A stretch of 64,000 nt of DNA, taken from contig CAZIYE010000001.1 of NCBI GenBank assembly GCA_964543385.1, positions 215,868 to 279,867 of the forward strand. Direction: 5' to 3'. A program made the translations under genes and the position numbers. Shown piece by piece: positions 38,991-48,491 of the stretch (its first letter is position 1; each line of letters opens with the position of its first letter). A model generated the notes under the pieces. It had not been told where the DNA came from and did not search any database. It saw only the letters and a program-made list of their open reading frames with translations. This stretch comes from an uncultured Candidatus Saccharibacteria bacterium. Lineage in GTDB: Bacteria > Patescibacteriota > UBA1384 > XYA2-FULL-43-10 > 1-14-0-10-43-13.

Positions 38991-40109
38991 TTACCTTCTG
39001 CTTTCCATAATTTGGTGCTTCGATATATTAGTTAAAATCCCAACCGCTGCAAGTAAAACTACCAATGATGTACCACCATAACTGATGAAAGGCAACGGTA
39101 TGCCCGTAAGAGGGATCAGAGAAAACATTGCTGCAATATTTATAAACATTTGGTAAAAGACCCAGATAACAATCCCTGAAGCTAAAAGCCTGGCAAAAAT
39201 ATCCGGAGCATTTCTTACTATTTTTAACCCCCTAAAAGCTATCAAGGTGAAAACTACGATTACCAGTGCAGCCCTCACAAAACCAAGCTCTTCGCTGACA
39301 ATAGCAAATATCGAGTCGGTGTGCGCCTCCGGAAGATACAAATATTTCTGTCTACTTTGGCCAAAGCCCAAACCCCATAGTCCGCCTGAGCCGATAGCAA
39401 TCAAAGCATTTTGAATATGGTATCCTGCCGCTAAATTATTATCACCGGGGTTTAAGAAAGTGAGCAGTCTCTGCATTCGATATGGCTCAATCTTGATTGC
39501 TATCCAAAGCAGTGAAGCTGCAAGCCCACCAGCACCGACAATTTGGTATATAGGGGCACCAGCCATTATAAATATTCCAGCTGCGATAAGGGAGAAGATG
39601 GAGAGAGTTCCAAGATCTTTCTGAATTAACATTAAGAATGCAATGAATCCCACGATTCCAACAAATGGCCAAAACATTTTTTTGACTTTTTCTACACTAT
39701 CACCCTGACGTGCAAACCATCCTGCGAGATATACAAGGAAGGTTAGCTTGGCAAATTCAGCAGGCTGGAAATTTATTGGACCGATGTGAATCCACCGACC
39801 AGATGAAGCAAAACCAAAAGGATGCAGTAGTATAGGTAACGCTAATAAGAAAATAGTAATAAAGAAACAAATGCCAGCGTATTTTAACCAATATTTGTAA
39901 CTGATAGCCTGAAAGAATACCCAAACGGCTAATCCAAGCAAAACAGTAGAAATCTGCTTTTTCAGGAAAAGTTTATCAGTGCCATTATCAGTGATCTCTA
40001 AAGAATAGTATTTAGAAACAGAATAAATCGCGATTAATCCAAAGGCGATTAATCCAAAAACTAACAATGATAATAAATAATCTGAATGTTTTTTATTTGT
40101 CTTGTTCAT
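38991..40109 (-). CDS. ftsW: SEDS-family peptidoglycan polymerase FtsW
   Basis: 10-TM FtsW/RodA family; dcw position between murD and murG. Confidence 0.8.
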   Translation of the reverse strand: MNKTNKKHSDYLLSLLVFGLIAFGLIAIYSVSKYYSLEITDNGTDKLFLKKQISTVLLGLAVWVFFQAISYKYWLKYAGICFFITIFLLALPILLHPFGFASSGRWIHIGPINFQPAEFAKLTFLVYLAGWFARQGDSVEKVKKMFWPFVGIVGFIAFLMLIQKDLGTLSIFSLIAAGIFIMAGAPIYQIVGAGGLAASLLWIAIKIEPYRMQRLLTFLNPGDNNLAAGYHIQNALIAIGSGGLWGLGFGQSRQKYLYLPEAHTDSIFAIVSEELGFVRAALVIVVFTLIAFRGLKIVRNAPDIFARLLASGIVIWVFYQMFINIAAMFSLIPLTGIPLPFISYGGTSLVVLLAAVGILTNISKHQIMESRR

Positions 40110-41547
40110 TTTGTTTTTTTAAGCCAGCAACTGCCTGGCTAAATTTTTTTCCCCTGTCCTTATAATTCTTGAACATGTCAAAACTTGCACAGGCAGGAGA
40201 AAATATCACAATGTCTCCTGCTTTAGCAATACTCTCTGCTCGCAAGACCACATCTTCTAAGGATGAAAATCCTGAAAATATCTTCCCTTTATATTTAGCT
40301 TCTATCAAGGCAGCTTCTATTTTCGACGCTTCCATGCCTATAAGAATAGTAGCAGTTACATTGTTATTTGATATTATCTCGGCCATTTCTTTAAAGTCTG
40401 CACCCTTAGGGCTACCACCAAGAATAAGAATCTTATCATCTCTAAATGACTTAATCGCTGCAATTGTCGGTCTAGGATTTGTTGCGAAAGAGTCATTTAT
40501 ATATTTTACGTCATCAATTTCAGCAACGAGCTCAAGCCGATAGGGGAGACCGACAGTATTTTTTACAGCCTCAGATATTACCGAAATATCTGCACCTAAA
40601 ATATTGCCAACAATTGCGGCAGCTGCGATATTTTCAAGATTATGCCGACCAAGTAGATTTATCTCGTCCTCAGTGCAAATCAACTCTTCCCTATCATTCT
40701 CCCCTCTCAGAAAAACGCCATTTCTACCATCAACTTCTTTTATATATGCTATCGCCTCTTGATTTGTAGAGGGAGAGAAATAGCGAACATTAGATTTCAA
40801 TTGAGAAATAAAACTCTTATCAAATGATGAAGCAATGTTTAAAACAGCAAAGTCAGACTCACTCTGATAAGCTAGAATGCTTTCCTTAGCACTATGATAT
40901 TCTTCAATGTTTTTGTGATAATCAAGATGGTCAATGTCTAAATTAGTCACTACGCCAATATGTGGACTCTTTTGCATATCGGCAAGTTGAAAATTGGATA
41001 ATTCAAGAACAACAAAATCTTCTTCCTTAAGCTGTGGAATCAGACCAATGGCTGGGTAACCAATATTGCCAGCCAAATAAACATCCCTCTTTGTTTCTTG
41101 TTTCTTGTTTCTTGTTTCTTGTATAAGTATTTCAGCTATAAGGTTTGCCGTCGTTCCCTTGCCCTTAGTCCCTGTAACTCCGATAACCATGGAAGGACAC
41201 AAATCCAAGAAAAGCTTGATTTGACTGGAAACCTGTATCCCCTTTTCTCTAGCTTCAACTAATTTGGGATGATTAAAATATACAGACGGTGAACGAAAGA
41301 TAATATCAAAGTCATCTACAACTAAATCGCAGGTATTTGTTTCTAGTTTTTTTACGATTTTGTCACTATTAAATATATTTTTTAGAGATAAAATTAATTG
41401 TTCTTCGGTAGATTGCAATAAATCTGTTTCATTTTTCTGATCAAAAACTGTAATTTTAGCAACCTTATCAGACAAAAAGTCAGCCAAAGCAATCCCCTCT
41501 ATGCCCAGACCCAGAACTGCAACTCTTTTGTCTTCAAATGAAGTCAT
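40093..41547 (-). CDS. murD: UDP-N-acetylmuramoylalanine--D-glutamate ligase
   Basis: P-loop GVTGTKGKGTT; Mur ligase domains; contains low-complexity insert QETRNKKQETKR encoded by 7-mer repeat. Confidence 0.85.
   Translation of the reverse strand: MTSFEDKRVAVLGLGIEGIALADFLSDKVAKITVFDQKNETDLLQSTEEQLILSLKNIFNSDKIVKKLETNTCDLVVDDFDIIFRSPSVYFNHPKLVEAREKGIQVSSQIKLFLDLCPSMVIGVTGTKGKGTTANLIAEILIQETRNKKQETKRDVYLAGNIGYPAIGLIPQLKEEDFVVLELSNFQLADMQKSPHIGVVTNLDIDHLDYHKNIEEYHSAKESILAYQSESDFAVLNIASSFDKSFISQLKSNVRYFSPSTNQEAIAYIKEVDGRNGVFLRGENDREELICTEDEINLLGRHNLENIAAAAIVGNILGADISVISEAVKNTVGLPYRLELVAEIDDVKYINDSFATNPRPTIAAIKSFRDDKILILGGSPKGADFKEMAEIISNNNVTATILIGMEASKIEAALIEAKYKGKIFSGFSSLEDVVLRAESIAKAGDIVIFSPACASFDMFKNYKDRGKKFSQAVAGLKKQNEQDK
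41093..41120 (-). repeat. Tandem heptanucleotide repeat (gtttctt)x4 inside murD coding sequence
   Basis: seen directly. Confidence 0.8.
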
Positions 41548-42569
41548 TATAAATTACCGCCTCCGATTACTGCCAAAGCAAGTCCTGCAACGGCTGATAC
41601 TGCACCCAGAACCCAAAATCTCATCGTGATTTTATACTCCGGCCAACCGACTGCTTCAAAGTGATGATGAATTGGAGAAGAAAGAAAAATCTTTTTCCCC
41701 TTGCGAAGTTTTTTAGATAGAAATTGTACGATAAAACTTAAACCTTCAATAGAAAAGACTGAGGTAATAAGGAAAAGTGGTATAACTGCATTTGTTAAAA
41801 ATGCGACCACGCCCAATGTCATTCCTAGGGCCATACTGCCAGTGTCTCCCATAAAGAATCGTGCAGGCGGAATATTAAACCAAAGAAAAGCAAAAAGCGC
41901 GCCCATCACAGTGGCGCAAAAAACAGCTAGACCAGCTTGACCTTGTAGCATTGCTATAATAGCAAATGCTCCGTAAGAACATGCGAAAATTCCACCAGCC
42001 AAACCATCTAGACCATCAGTTTCATTGGAGGCAAAAGCCATCCAAACAAGAACTACAATGAATAATGGTATATACCAGATACCGATACTAAAATCACCAA
42101 GCGCTGGTATATGAATAGAATTCCATCCCAATTTGTAATAAAACCACCAAGCACCGATAGCTGCAATGGTTGCGTAGAGAGGAAACTTTTGTCTGATTGT
42201 TAACCCACCACCCTTTTCGCCAATACCACGAACATTCAAAATATCGTCTATTGCCCCCACTATACCAGTAGCAATTAGTGAAAATAATGGTAGCCATGTA
42301 GCGGTTCTGGACAGATTAAAAAATAAAGTTAAAAATGCTGCTGTTATCCAAATCAACAAACCGCCCATTACTGGAGTGCCAGCCTTCTTCTCATGCAATT
42401 TCGCCATTATTGGCGCAGATTTAGCATCCCTTATAGTTTTGCCCATCTTATATTTATAAAGAAAATTAGTTAAGACTGGCGTCCACGCGATTGCAATCAA
42501 AAAAGATGCGATACCGGTCCAAAACATTCTAAACAATACTTGAGGTTCAATGGTAAAAGTTTCCAACAT
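41547..42569 (-). CDS. mraY: Phospho-N-acetylmuramoyl-pentapeptide transferase
   Basis: 10-TM MraY family, conserved D-D-xxD/N and HHH region (PIHHHFE). Confidence 0.9.
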   Translation of the reverse strand: MLETFTIEPQVLFRMFWTGIASFLIAIAWTPVLTNFLYKYKMGKTIRDAKSAPIMAKLHEKKAGTPVMGGLLIWITAAFLTLFFNLSRTATWLPLFSLIATGIVGAIDDILNVRGIGEKGGGLTIRQKFPLYATIAAIGAWWFYYKLGWNSIHIPALGDFSIGIWYIPLFIVVLVWMAFASNETDGLDGLAGGIFACSYGAFAIIAMLQGQAGLAVFCATVMGALFAFLWFNIPPARFFMGDTGSMALGMTLGVVAFLTNAVIPLFLITSVFSIEGLSFIVQFLSKKLRKGKKIFLSSPIHHHFEAVGWPEYKITMRFWVLGAVSAVAGLALAVIGGGNL

Positions 42570-42579
42570 TATCTCCTAT

Positions 42580-43842
42580 TCATTTTACATTCTTCTTCTT
42601 TAGCCAGAAATTACTTTGACGAACCAATAGCTGACCAGCCTGACTCGTATCAAGCATAAGCTTCTTAGTTATTTCTTCAAAATAATTTTTATTTTGGCTT
42701 GCCTTGATTAATACAAGATCACCCTTCTTGATTATTTCTTCAAGATTTTTATACAAATCCTCTTTGGAATCAAAAACTGCAGAATTTTCTTTATCCCCAT
42801 ATCCCTGTTGCATGATCTTTGAATTAGGCCCTATGAAAATAGCAAAGTCGCACTTTCCTTTTGCATATTGACCAATTATTTTATGAGCCTCTTTTTCAAA
42901 GCTACCAAGCTCATTCATATTACCAATAATTGCAACTTTTCTTGAATCATACTTCATTTTACTAAGCACGTCGAGAGCAGCCTTAACTGCCTCTGGATTA
43001 GAATTATAGGTATCATCAATAATATTTATTCCGCGCCTTCCTCTGACAAGATGCATCCTGCCGCTTGTTGGCACAAGCTTCTCTAATGATTTCTTGATCT
43101 GCAAAGACTGAATACCAAATGACTGTCCGATAGCAAAAGCTATTAACTGCGAATAAACAAACTGATCGCCTAACAAGTCTGATTTAACGGCAATATTTTG
43201 TCCTGTAGTTACTATGCGATAGTTAGTACCAGCAAGATCAATCTCTATATTGTCTGCACGATAATCAACATCTTTGTTTTTGATACCAATACGGACCAAA
43301 TCGTTATTATGCAACTTTGATAGTTCATGATCATCAGCATTAATAAATATCTTTCCAGCAGGTTTCACTATATCAATAAGCGATAGCTTTTCTTTTTTGA
43401 GAGCGTCAAAATCCTTAAAGTTTGCTAGATGTGCAGGTGCAATCAAAGTAATTACTCCGATGTCTGGCCTTACAATTTCAGAAAAATAACTGATATCACC
43501 AGGATGTTCAACTCCCATCTCTAAAATGAGGTATTTTGGATATTTCTTTTCAAGAGTCCTGAAATAAGCCTTAATCAAAAACCAAGGCCAAAGCAACTTA
43601 GAGGGAAGGCTATCATAGCCCATTATGGTTAGAGGAATTCCTATTTCTGCATTCAAGCTACCATAATTTTTGCGGACTTGTTCGCCAAATTTGTCATGAA
43701 GGACCTGAAAAACTGCTTCCTTTGCAGAACCCTTACCTGCTGATCCAGTTATGCCTATGACAAAAGGTTTATGTTTATTGATAACTCTTTTCGCAAAGCT
43801 TGCCAGAATTAAATAGATAAATTTTAAAACCATATTCTTCAT
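42580..43842 (-). CDS. murF: Mur ligase (MurF-like; only one MurE/MurF-type ligase present in the cluster)
   Basis: P-loop GITGSAGKGSAKE; C-terminal GNMNELGSFEKEAHKIIGQYA resembles MurF. Confidence 0.55.
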   Translation of the reverse strand: MKNMVLKFIYLILASFAKRVINKHKPFVIGITGSAGKGSAKEAVFQVLHDKFGEQVRKNYGSLNAEIGIPLTIMGYDSLPSKLLWPWFLIKAYFRTLEKKYPKYLILEMGVEHPGDISYFSEIVRPDIGVITLIAPAHLANFKDFDALKKEKLSLIDIVKPAGKIFINADDHELSKLHNNDLVRIGIKNKDVDYRADNIEIDLAGTNYRIVTTGQNIAVKSDLLGDQFVYSQLIAFAIGQSFGIQSLQIKKSLEKLVPTSGRMHLVRGRRGINIIDDTYNSNPEAVKAALDVLSKMKYDSRKVAIIGNMNELGSFEKEAHKIIGQYAKGKCDFAIFIGPNSKIMQQGYGDKENSAVFDSKEDLYKNLEEIIKKGDLVLIKASQNKNYFEEITKKLMLDTSQAGQLLVRQSNFWLKKKNVK

Positions 43843-43885
43843 AATCTGTTCTAGCCCTAACTTTATTATTTTATAAAACTATTGA

Positions 43886-45628
43886 TCACTTTACCGGCTC
43901 TGTTGGCGGTATCCGATAATGATAATTTAACAGAAAAGAAGCAAGATCACCAAATAGAGGAGCCGCTGTTGTTTCAGCATATTTTGCCGTTTTGGGTTTG
44001 GTCAATTTTACAATCATTGCAAATTGCGGATTATCAATCGGAGCGATACCAGCAAGTGAGTGATTATAAATGCCAAGATTGGTTTCATTGTTTTCATATC
44101 CACCTTCTGGTTTAGGAATCTGTGCAGTACCTGTTTTAGCACCAACCTTGAAACCCGGCACCCCTGCCTTTTTAGAGTGACCATTGACTACCACTGAGTA
44201 GAGCATATTCTGCAAAGACTTGGCTGACTGCTCGCTAACTACCTGCTCGCCTTCTTGTTTTGAGACTTTTTTCTCGCTGCCATCAGCGAAAATCATCTTA
44301 TCAATCACATGAGGATAAATATATTTTCCGTTATTTGCTATTGCAGCATATGCAGCAACCATCTCAATAGGAGTTACAGAAATTCCCTGACCAAATGAAA
44401 TATTGGCCGTCTGGATATTTCTCCATTCTTTCAGAGGTGGTACGCGACCAGATATCTCCGTATCCAGGTCAATACCTGTTTTACTCAGGAGACCAAAAGA
44501 TTTTATGTATTTGTATAATGTATCCTTGCCAAGTTTTTCTGCAAGCCAAGTCATTGCCACATTATCAGAATTTTCCAGGACCTGAGTCATAGTTTCTTCA
44601 CCGAATGCCTTGTCTTCAGCCGTATGTATCTCATAGCCGTCAACAACTGTAAAATTACTAAATTTTTCTTTGGTATCAGGCGTCACATCACCATGATCAA
44701 TCGCCGATGCCATAACTATTGGTTTCATTATGCTGCCCGGCTCATAAAGATGCGATATGGCGGGATTCATAAACAAACTTGGATCTTTATCTGCTTGCTC
44801 TCGATAATTATTTGGATCATAAGACGGTAAATTTGCCATTGCAATGATCCCACCAGTTTTTACATCCATAATTATGACAGTTCCTGAATCGGCCTGATAG
44901 GTAGTTATGGCCTCGCCTAATTTTTTTTCTACATAGTACTGGACAGCCCTGTCTATAGTAAGAACATAGCTCGTACCATCTGCCGGATCTTTTTGTTCTA
45001 ATAAATTAATTATTCTCCCAAGAGTATCTTTTTCTCCCCTAACATTGCCTTCTTTACCCTGAAGCTCACTATTGTAATGTCCTTCAAAACCATAATTACC
45101 AATACTATCTGAATTCACAAAACCAAGCAGCTGAGCGGCTAATATACCTTCTGGATAATACCGACTGTATTCAGGCATGACATAAATTCCAGCAATTTTG
45201 CTGTTTTTTATCTCATTGGCCTGGTCAAGAGATAACCCTCTTCTTATTGGCGGAATATATAATTTATCATTATTAATTTTAGAAAAGACTTCGCCTTCTG
45301 GAAGAAGCAAAAGTTTTTCAAGATTTTTTGCCACCTCAGCCTTATTTTTGATATGTCTTGGGACAACCCAAATAGCAAACTTTTTCATATCAAAAGCCAA
45401 TGGATAGTAAGATTTAGGATCAATCGCCGAATCATGAACCAATATTTTCCCGCGCTCAGCAATCTGACTCTTTTCAAAACGCTGTTGTCCCTGTGCCAAG
45501 GCCAAATAACGAACATGATCTACGATTTGAATCCCCGCCATTTTTGACAAAAGAATAAGCGATGATAAAACAATAACCACACTCAAAGCTTTGAGTCTTG
45601 TCTCAATTGTACGTTTATATTCGCCCAT
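43886..45628 (-). CDS. ftsI: Class B penicillin-binding protein (FtsI/PBP2-like transpeptidase)
   Basis: N-terminal TM, dimerisation domain, SIMK (SxxK), SDN, KTGTAQ. Confidence 0.85.
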   Translation of the reverse strand: MGEYKRTIETRLKALSVVIVLSSLILLSKMAGIQIVDHVRYLALAQGQQRFEKSQIAERGKILVHDSAIDPKSYYPLAFDMKKFAIWVVPRHIKNKAEVAKNLEKLLLLPEGEVFSKINNDKLYIPPIRRGLSLDQANEIKNSKIAGIYVMPEYSRYYPEGILAAQLLGFVNSDSIGNYGFEGHYNSELQGKEGNVRGEKDTLGRIINLLEQKDPADGTSYVLTIDRAVQYYVEKKLGEAITTYQADSGTVIIMDVKTGGIIAMANLPSYDPNNYREQADKDPSLFMNPAISHLYEPGSIMKPIVMASAIDHGDVTPDTKEKFSNFTVVDGYEIHTAEDKAFGEETMTQVLENSDNVAMTWLAEKLGKDTLYKYIKSFGLLSKTGIDLDTEISGRVPPLKEWRNIQTANISFGQGISVTPIEMVAAYAAIANNGKYIYPHVIDKMIFADGSEKKVSKQEGEQVVSEQSAKSLQNMLYSVVVNGHSKKAGVPGFKVGAKTGTAQIPKPEGGYENNETNLGIYNHSLAGIAPIDNPQFAMIVKLTKPKTAKYAETTAAPLFGDLASFLLNYHYRIPPTEPVK

Positions 45629-45647
45629 AACGTTATATTACCAAAAA

Positions 45648-46010
45648 TTAGTTCACTTTGGCTAAATTTGTTTTATCATTAGTAAAATTTACGCTAGATA
45701 CCGGCTCCATGACTTGCTTTTCAATACCACTATCGATCACTCTGAGCGCCTTCAATCTTGTCTGTTCTGCCTCTAGACGTTCTTTTTCAAGCATCAGTTC
45801 ATCTTTTTTTGATTCAATATCTCTAACTCGGACGCTTCTAGATGCTCCTGCTGTCGATTGGCTTAAATAGACCACAGCTAAAACAGCGACGATAGTAAGT
45901 GCAATAAACTTTATTGCATTAGGTCCAACTACAAAGCCCTTACTTACTGTTTTCTTTTTTTTGCCTAATCTAATTGAATTTGAATTTGTAACAATAAAAT
46001 CTCTCGCCAA
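45648..46010 (-). CDS. ftsL: Cell division protein FtsL-like (bitopic, coiled coil); TTG start
   Basis: 120 aa, single TM then coiled coil; GGAGG SD 5 nt before TTG; position upstream of ftsI. Confidence 0.5.
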   Translation of the reverse strand: MARDFIVTNSNSIRLGKKKKTVSKGFVVGPNAIKFIALTIVAVLAVVYLSQSTAGASRSVRVRDIESKKDELMLEKERLEAEQTRLKALRVIDSGIEKQVMEPVSSVNFTNDKTNLAKVN

Positions 46011-46129
46011 TTTGCCTCCAGGGATATTAATCTTAGTTGCTGCCAGCCATTTTTTGTTTTCTTGCCCCGTGAAATATTTCTTTCAAACATTATTTCAATG
46101 GGGTGTTTCTTCGCCCAAATTTTTGTTTT

Positions 46130-46240
46130 TGTCCCTCACCTCTCGGATTGACTAGAATCAGAAAGGTGAGGGGTTAGGCTCTGCCCCTCCTTTGTCCTCC
46201 TCCGAGCCTCAATAATGAAGCGTATACAAATGAGAACGGG
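46130..46240 (-). other. Structured non-coding element where rsmH would normally lie: 9-bp hairpin ccctcacct/aggtgaggg plus hairpin ggctc/gagcc enclosing purine-rich GGAGGAGGACAAAGGAGGGG (minus-strand sense)
   Basis: seen directly; no ORF >40 aa with SD in 46011-46346. Confidence 0.4.
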
Positions 46241-46346
46241 TTAGAGCCTAAAGTACAGGCTGGCAGCAATAAAATCGATTTCCTATTTCTTGCTACAAAT
46301 TGTAAATGTACTAACTTTCTACTCTCGACCCTCTACTATCTACTTT

Positions 46347-46778
46347 CTAGAAACCGATCTCTGATAATTGCTCCGCTACTTCCTCGGAATTGTTTTCCAT
46401 GTCTGTTTTGAACTCATTCCACTTTTCCTCTGCCCAAATCTCCAATCTATTATGCATCCCTGTTACAACTACCTTGCCTTTTATTCCAGCATAATCAGCT
46501 AAATACTTAGGCACATTTACTCTGCCAACTTTATCAAGTTTCAAATCCATCGCGCCGGAAAGGATAAATCTGCCAAAGCTTCGGGCATTCTTTTGCGTTA
46601 TTGGTAATTGCGATACTTGCTCGGCTATCTTTTCCCATTCAGCCTCAGTATAAAGCCACAAACATCCATCAAGTCCACGAGTTAGGATCAAGCCTTTCGC
46701 TAATTCATCACGAAACTTAGCCGGCACCGACATTCTCCCCTTCTCGTCTAAGCTGTGTTGATACTCACCAATGAACAT
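46347..46778 (-). CDS. mraZ: Transcriptional regulator MraZ
   Basis: MFIGEYQHSLDEKGRMSVPAKFR matches MraZ N-terminus (double DxxxR); start at conserved MF (track start is an upstream GTG). Confidence 0.85.
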   Translation of the reverse strand: MFIGEYQHSLDEKGRMSVPAKFRDELAKGLILTRGLDGCLWLYTEAEWEKIAEQVSQLPITQKNARSFGRFILSGAMDLKLDKVGRVNVPKYLADYAGIKGKVVVTGMHNRLEIWAEEKWNEFKTDMENNSEEVAEQLSEIGF

Positions 46779-46785
46779 TATGTTT

Positions 46786-46810
46786 CCCACTTTTTACCAC
46801 TTTTTACCAC
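46786..46810 (-). promoter_or_regulatory. Putative MraZ operator: three direct GTGG(G) repeats at 10-bp spacing (GTGGtaaaaaGTGGtaaaaaGTGGG)
   Basis: seen directly 7 nt upstream of mraZ ATG; MraZ proteins are known to bind GTGG[G]-N5/6 direct repeats. Confidence 0.5.
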
Positions 46811-46881
46811 ATGTATCTATTTTATGCGTACTATATAGATACGTCAACAACCCAAAAGATACTTTTTTGTGGATAATAAAA

Positions 46882-46912
46882 AACTGGCCTGCCTTTTAAG
46901 CAGTCCAGCCTT
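46882..46912 (-). terminator. Terminator downstream of glyQS
   Basis: ctggcctgcc...gcagtccag hairpin with T-run on minus strand. Confidence 0.4.
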
Positions 46913-46930
46913 TTATTTTTCTAATTTTAT

Positions 46931-48298
46931 CTAGCCAATTTTATTTAAAATAAAATCTTTTATTTCAACTATTTTTACTCTCTCTTGCTCCATTGTATCC
47001 CGGCTACGCAAAGTCACAGTTTTATTTTCTATAGAGTCAAAATCAACCGTGACACACCAAGGAGTGCCAATTTCATCCTGACGACGATAGCGTCGACCGA
47101 CCGAACCAGATTCGTCATAAAAAGTATTAATTCCGGCCTGTTTTAATTCTTTTACGATATTGGCGGCAATTTCAGGTAGTCCCTCTTTCTTTACAAGCGG
47201 AAATACTGCAACCTTAATAGGCGCAATTTTAGTATCAAGGCGGAGGGTTACCTCCCCTGCTTTTCGACCATCGCTACCATCAGATTCATCGTAGGCGTCA
47301 ACCAAACAGGCAAGCATCGCCCTGTCGACACCGAGAGCAGGCTCGACAACAAATGGCAAATATTTCTTGCCTGTTGCCTCATCAAAATATTTCAAGTCTT
47401 GTCCAGATATTTTTTCATGCTGTCTCAAGTCATAATCAGTTCTTTGCGCGATACCACCAAGCTCAGAAATACCAAATGGAAAATCATATTCAACATCGGA
47501 TGTCCCTGCTGAATAATGAGATAATTCCTCTTTGGTATGCTCGCGGATTGATAGATTATCGTCCTTGATACCGATCTCTTGGTAAAACTCTTTCGCTTTT
47601 TCGACCCAATATTTATACCACTTCTGACTTTCTTCGAGGCTTGCTTCAACAAAAAATTCGATCTCCATCTGTTCAAATTCACGAGTACGGAATATGAAGT
47701 TTCCAGGTGTTATCTCATTTCTGAATGACTTACCGATTTGAGCAATACCAAATGGAGGCTTGATCCTGGTTGATTGAATAACGTTTTTGAAATTTAAAAA
47801 GATTCCTTGCGCGGTCTCCGGTCTCAAATATGCAGTAGCAGCAGAGTCTTCAGTTGCACCAACGAAAGTTTTAAACATTAGATTAAATTCTCTTGGCTCA
47901 GTAAATTGCTTTGAGCCACAGGCCGAACATTGATTCGCTTCTTTAGCCTTTCCACCAATAAATTTCCCTTCGCGCATATTGTCTTCGCGATAACGAGAAT
48001 GACACTCCAAACATTCTACTAATGGATCGCTAAAAGATTTTAGATGACCAGAAGCTTCCCAAGTCTTTGGGTTTTGGATAATTGCAGAATCTAAACCGAC
48101 AATATTGTCCTCACTAGTAACAAATTTCTTCCACCAGTAATCCTTGATATTTTTTTTCATCTGACTACCAAGAGGCCCAAAATCAAAAGCATTTGCAAAC
48201 CCACCATAAATCTCACTTGCCGGATAAACAAATCCCCTTCTCTTGCAAAGAGAAATAATTTTTTCCATCAAGTCATTTTTGTTCTGTTTGTTTTCCAT
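46931..48298 (-). CDS. glyQS: Glycine--tRNA ligase (alpha2 dimeric class II type)
   Basis: class II motifs and anticodon-binding domain; N-terminal MEKIISLCKRRGFVYPASEIYGGF typical; SD-supported ATG at 48298 (track start extended). Confidence 0.85.
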   Translation of the reverse strand: MENKQNKNDLMEKIISLCKRRGFVYPASEIYGGFANAFDFGPLGSQMKKNIKDYWWKKFVTSEDNIVGLDSAIIQNPKTWEASGHLKSFSDPLVECLECHSRYREDNMREGKFIGGKAKEANQCSACGSKQFTEPREFNLMFKTFVGATEDSAATAYLRPETAQGIFLNFKNVIQSTRIKPPFGIAQIGKSFRNEITPGNFIFRTREFEQMEIEFFVEASLEESQKWYKYWVEKAKEFYQEIGIKDDNLSIREHTKEELSHYSAGTSDVEYDFPFGISELGGIAQRTDYDLRQHEKISGQDLKYFDEATGKKYLPFVVEPALGVDRAMLACLVDAYDESDGSDGRKAGEVTLRLDTKIAPIKVAVFPLVKKEGLPEIAANIVKELKQAGINTFYDESGSVGRRYRRQDEIGTPWCVTVDFDSIENKTVTLRSRDTMEQERVKIVEIKDFILNKIG

Positions 48299-48442
48299 TA
48301 ATCTGCCTTCTTTATAATGAATAGAGCTAAAAAAACTATAACACCTTAACACCATATTGACAATCTATAATATTTCAACTTTTTATTAGACTACCAATAT
48401 ATCACCTTTCAAAACACTGTCTTGCCCAATTCTCTTTATAAA

Positions 48443-48471
48443 AAAGACCCTGCAAATGTGGGGTCTTTTTT
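48443..48471 (-). terminator. Bidirectional terminator aagaccc-tgcaaatgt-ggggtctt with flanking A/T runs
   Basis: seen directly, downstream of GT2 gene. Confidence 0.5.
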
Positions 48472-48491
48472 ATAATCGGCAAGCTCTCTGC

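Noticed and set aside
46011-46346. Possible small ORF (MFERNISRGKK...) in the mraZ-ftsL gap
   Set aside because: It has no SD and overlaps the ftsL start out of frame. The region is better explained as structured non-coding RNA.
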